Assembly (NCBI GenBank): GCA_965208105.1
Contig: OZ242318.1
Coordinates: forward strand, 3,392,001-3,456,000
Origin: Candidatus Latescibacterota bacterium
Lineage (GTDB): Bacteria; Latescibacterota; UBA2968; UBA8231
Length of the DNA stretch: 64,000 nucleotides
Direction: 5' to 3'
The notes under the pieces are model-generated. The model ran no database searches, was not told the origin of the DNA, and saw nothing but the letters and a program-made list of their open reading frames with translations. The position numbers were made by a program, and so were the translations under genes. This document shows positions 62,310 through 64,000 of the stretch, piece after piece; the stretch's first letter is position 1; each line of letters starts with the position of its first letter.

Positions 62310-63881
62310 TCAGCCCGCATGGCTTGTTTCCAGGGCCCGGTAGCGGGGAATCAACCTGGCGTAGACCGAAGAGGCTGCAGGATCCGGCTCGATCGTCGAG
62401 CCGCTGACGGGCTCGGTGAAAGGAGCTGTGGCCTCCTTCCAGTCCCCGCCCGGTCCTTCCGGATTCGGGTGGCTGCAGGAAGCGCGCAGAGCCGCGCCCA
62501 GGGCCGCCGAGTTGGTGGTCACGAAGCGGTGCACCGGACAGTTGTGCACGTTGGCGAAGACCTGGAGTATTTCGGGGTTGGCCGAGGCTCCGCCGGTTAC
62601 GTAGAGCGACTTGATCTCGATCCCCATCCACCTGGAATGTATCTGCGAGGACATGGCCTGGGCCTCGATGACCGCGCGCACGTTTGCCCCGGCGTCGCTG
62701 GCGTTCAGATTTTTGCGGACGACTCCGGGCAGGGGGACCTTGGGCGCGATCTCGGGAGCGAAATACGGCAGCATGAGCGCCCCTCCATTTCCGGGCGGGG
62801 TGGATCGCAGAGCCTGGCCGAAACCTTCCCAATCGAGGCCGTATTCCCGGCGCACGGCATCGCGCGCAAGGCTGCCGTTGAGAAAGCAGAGGAGGCCCAT
62901 GTAGTTGGTTCCGTCGGGAGACGCGAATACCGCTCCCTCTCCGTCGTCCGATGTGCGCGGTGCGTCCATGCAGGCAAAGAGGGTATCGGATGTCCCCAGG
63001 CTCAGGGCGACCCGGCCGGGTTCGACCAGGCCCATTCCGATCAGGCTGCAGGGGTTGTCCCCGGAGAACGGCAGGATCATGCACCCCGGGTCGAAGCCGT
63101 AGCGCTCGACGAAATAGGGGCTGAGGCGGCCGAGAACCCGGGTAGAGGGCACGATGGGCAACAGCTTGCGGTCCAGGTCGGGGGCAGTGGCGGCTAAAGC
63201 TTCCCGGCTCCACTTCCGGGTGCGGATATCCATCAGGTTCGTGCCGCTCCCGTCGCCGGGGTCCACCCCCACCAGGCGCCCGGCCAGAAGGCTGGCCATG
63301 TAGGAGCTCACCAGGCAGATGCAGGCGGTGTCTGCGTAGGCTTCCGGGTCGGTCTGGAAGAACTTGCGGATCTGGGGACCGCTGAAGCGCTCGAAGGCAG
63401 CGTTGCCGCTCAACTCGAGCAGGGCCCTGCCGCCTCCCAGGTTCGCCTCGATCTCCCGGCACTGGGGCGCGGTCGAAGTGTCCATCCAGACCGGCGCGGT
63501 CGGCCGCGAGAATATGCGCTCGACCTGGACCGCGAGGGGCAGGCTGGGGTCCAGGCCGGCCAATGCCCCGGCAGCCCCATGGTTGAGGTAGACGGTTCCG
63601 TGCTGCTGGCCGCTGCCCGCAATGGCCTCTATGGAGCCAAGGTCGCAGCCTCTATCGCCGAGGAGCTGGAAGAGCAGGTCCAGGGCCTCCGCCCACATCA
63701 GAGGGGAGCTGTGCACCACTCCCTCGCCCAGGTCCAGGATGCCGTTCTCGATGCCGTAGGAATCCTTGAAATGGGAGTCGAAATTGATCGATTCCTCGGC
63801 GCTGATCTCCTCCCTTCCGGCGTCGATGACGATCGCCGTCATGGATTGGGTGCTGGCGTCGATACCCAGGTACTTGCCCAT
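62310..63881 (-). CDS. Xylulokinase (FGGY family, XYLB/XKS1-type)
   Basis: GIDASTQS, GSGQQHG, ERFSGPQIRK, GDNP, SLGTSDT, NGSLAR, TGGASAN. Confidence 0.87.
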   Translation of the reverse strand: MGKYLGIDASTQSMTAIVIDAGREEISAEESINFDSHFKDSYGIENGILDLGEGVVHSSPLMWAEALDLLFQLLGDRGCDLGSIEAIAGSGQQHGTVYLNHGAAGALAGLDPSLPLAVQVERIFSRPTAPVWMDTSTAPQCREIEANLGGGRALLELSGNAAFERFSGPQIRKFFQTDPEAYADTACICLVSSYMASLLAGRLVGVDPGDGSGTNLMDIRTRKWSREALAATAPDLDRKLLPIVPSTRVLGRLSPYFVERYGFDPGCMILPFSGDNPCSLIGMGLVEPGRVALSLGTSDTLFACMDAPRTSDDGEGAVFASPDGTNYMGLLCFLNGSLARDAVRREYGLDWEGFGQALRSTPPGNGGALMLPYFAPEIAPKVPLPGVVRKNLNASDAGANVRAVIEAQAMSSQIHSRWMGIEIKSLYVTGGASANPEILQVFANVHNCPVHRFVTTNSAALGAALRASCSHPNPEGPGGDWKEATAPFTEPVSGSTIEPDPAASSVYARLIPRYRALETSHAG

Positions 63882-64000
63882 GGGATGTCTCTTCTTTAGG
63901 TTGTGAAATATCAGCGCGAAAGAATGCAGGGGATAACTAAAAGAAACGGCAATCTGCGTGCAAAACCAGGCGGCCGTTTCGGGGACGGGTCCAGGGTGGA

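Overview
A GC-rich bacterial chromosomal window of about 55 protein-coding genes and one tRNA-Val(TAC). I found no rRNA, CRISPR array, transposase or integrase. The gene set (PhyH dioxygenases, futalosine menaquinone pathway, several sigma54 activators) is compatible with an uncultured FCB/Latescibacterota-like lineage, which is inference only. Main blocks: a CusCBA-type heavy-metal RND operon with a Cys-rich upstream ORF; prs; a hemC-cobA/hemD-led minus-strand run; a sigma54/NifA-like nitrogen module (activator-amtB-PII-porin-glnA); an alternative sigma70 next to an NtrC-family regulator; a menG-mqnE-mqnC-mqnA-UbiA-like-(xylonate dehydratase)-ubiX operon; envelope and nucleotide-sugar genes; uxuA, lhgO (frameshifted near its 3' end), csp and xylulokinase. 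The most interesting signals are non-coding: (1) a stand-alone ~250-nt structured transcript with 17 nt complementary to the 16S rRNA 3' tail, a 12-codon ORF and an internal 16S-tail mimic; (2) a consensus sigma54 promoter driving a gene-less three-way-junction RNA with anti-SD loops; (3) a probable metal-sensing leader peptide plus RBS-sequestering hairpin ahead of the RND operon; (4) a 160-bp MITE family whose four copies all sit on CTAG stop codons; (5) a sigma54 promoter far upstream of the alternative sigma70 gene. All motifs and pairings were read by eye; no searches or folding programs were run.
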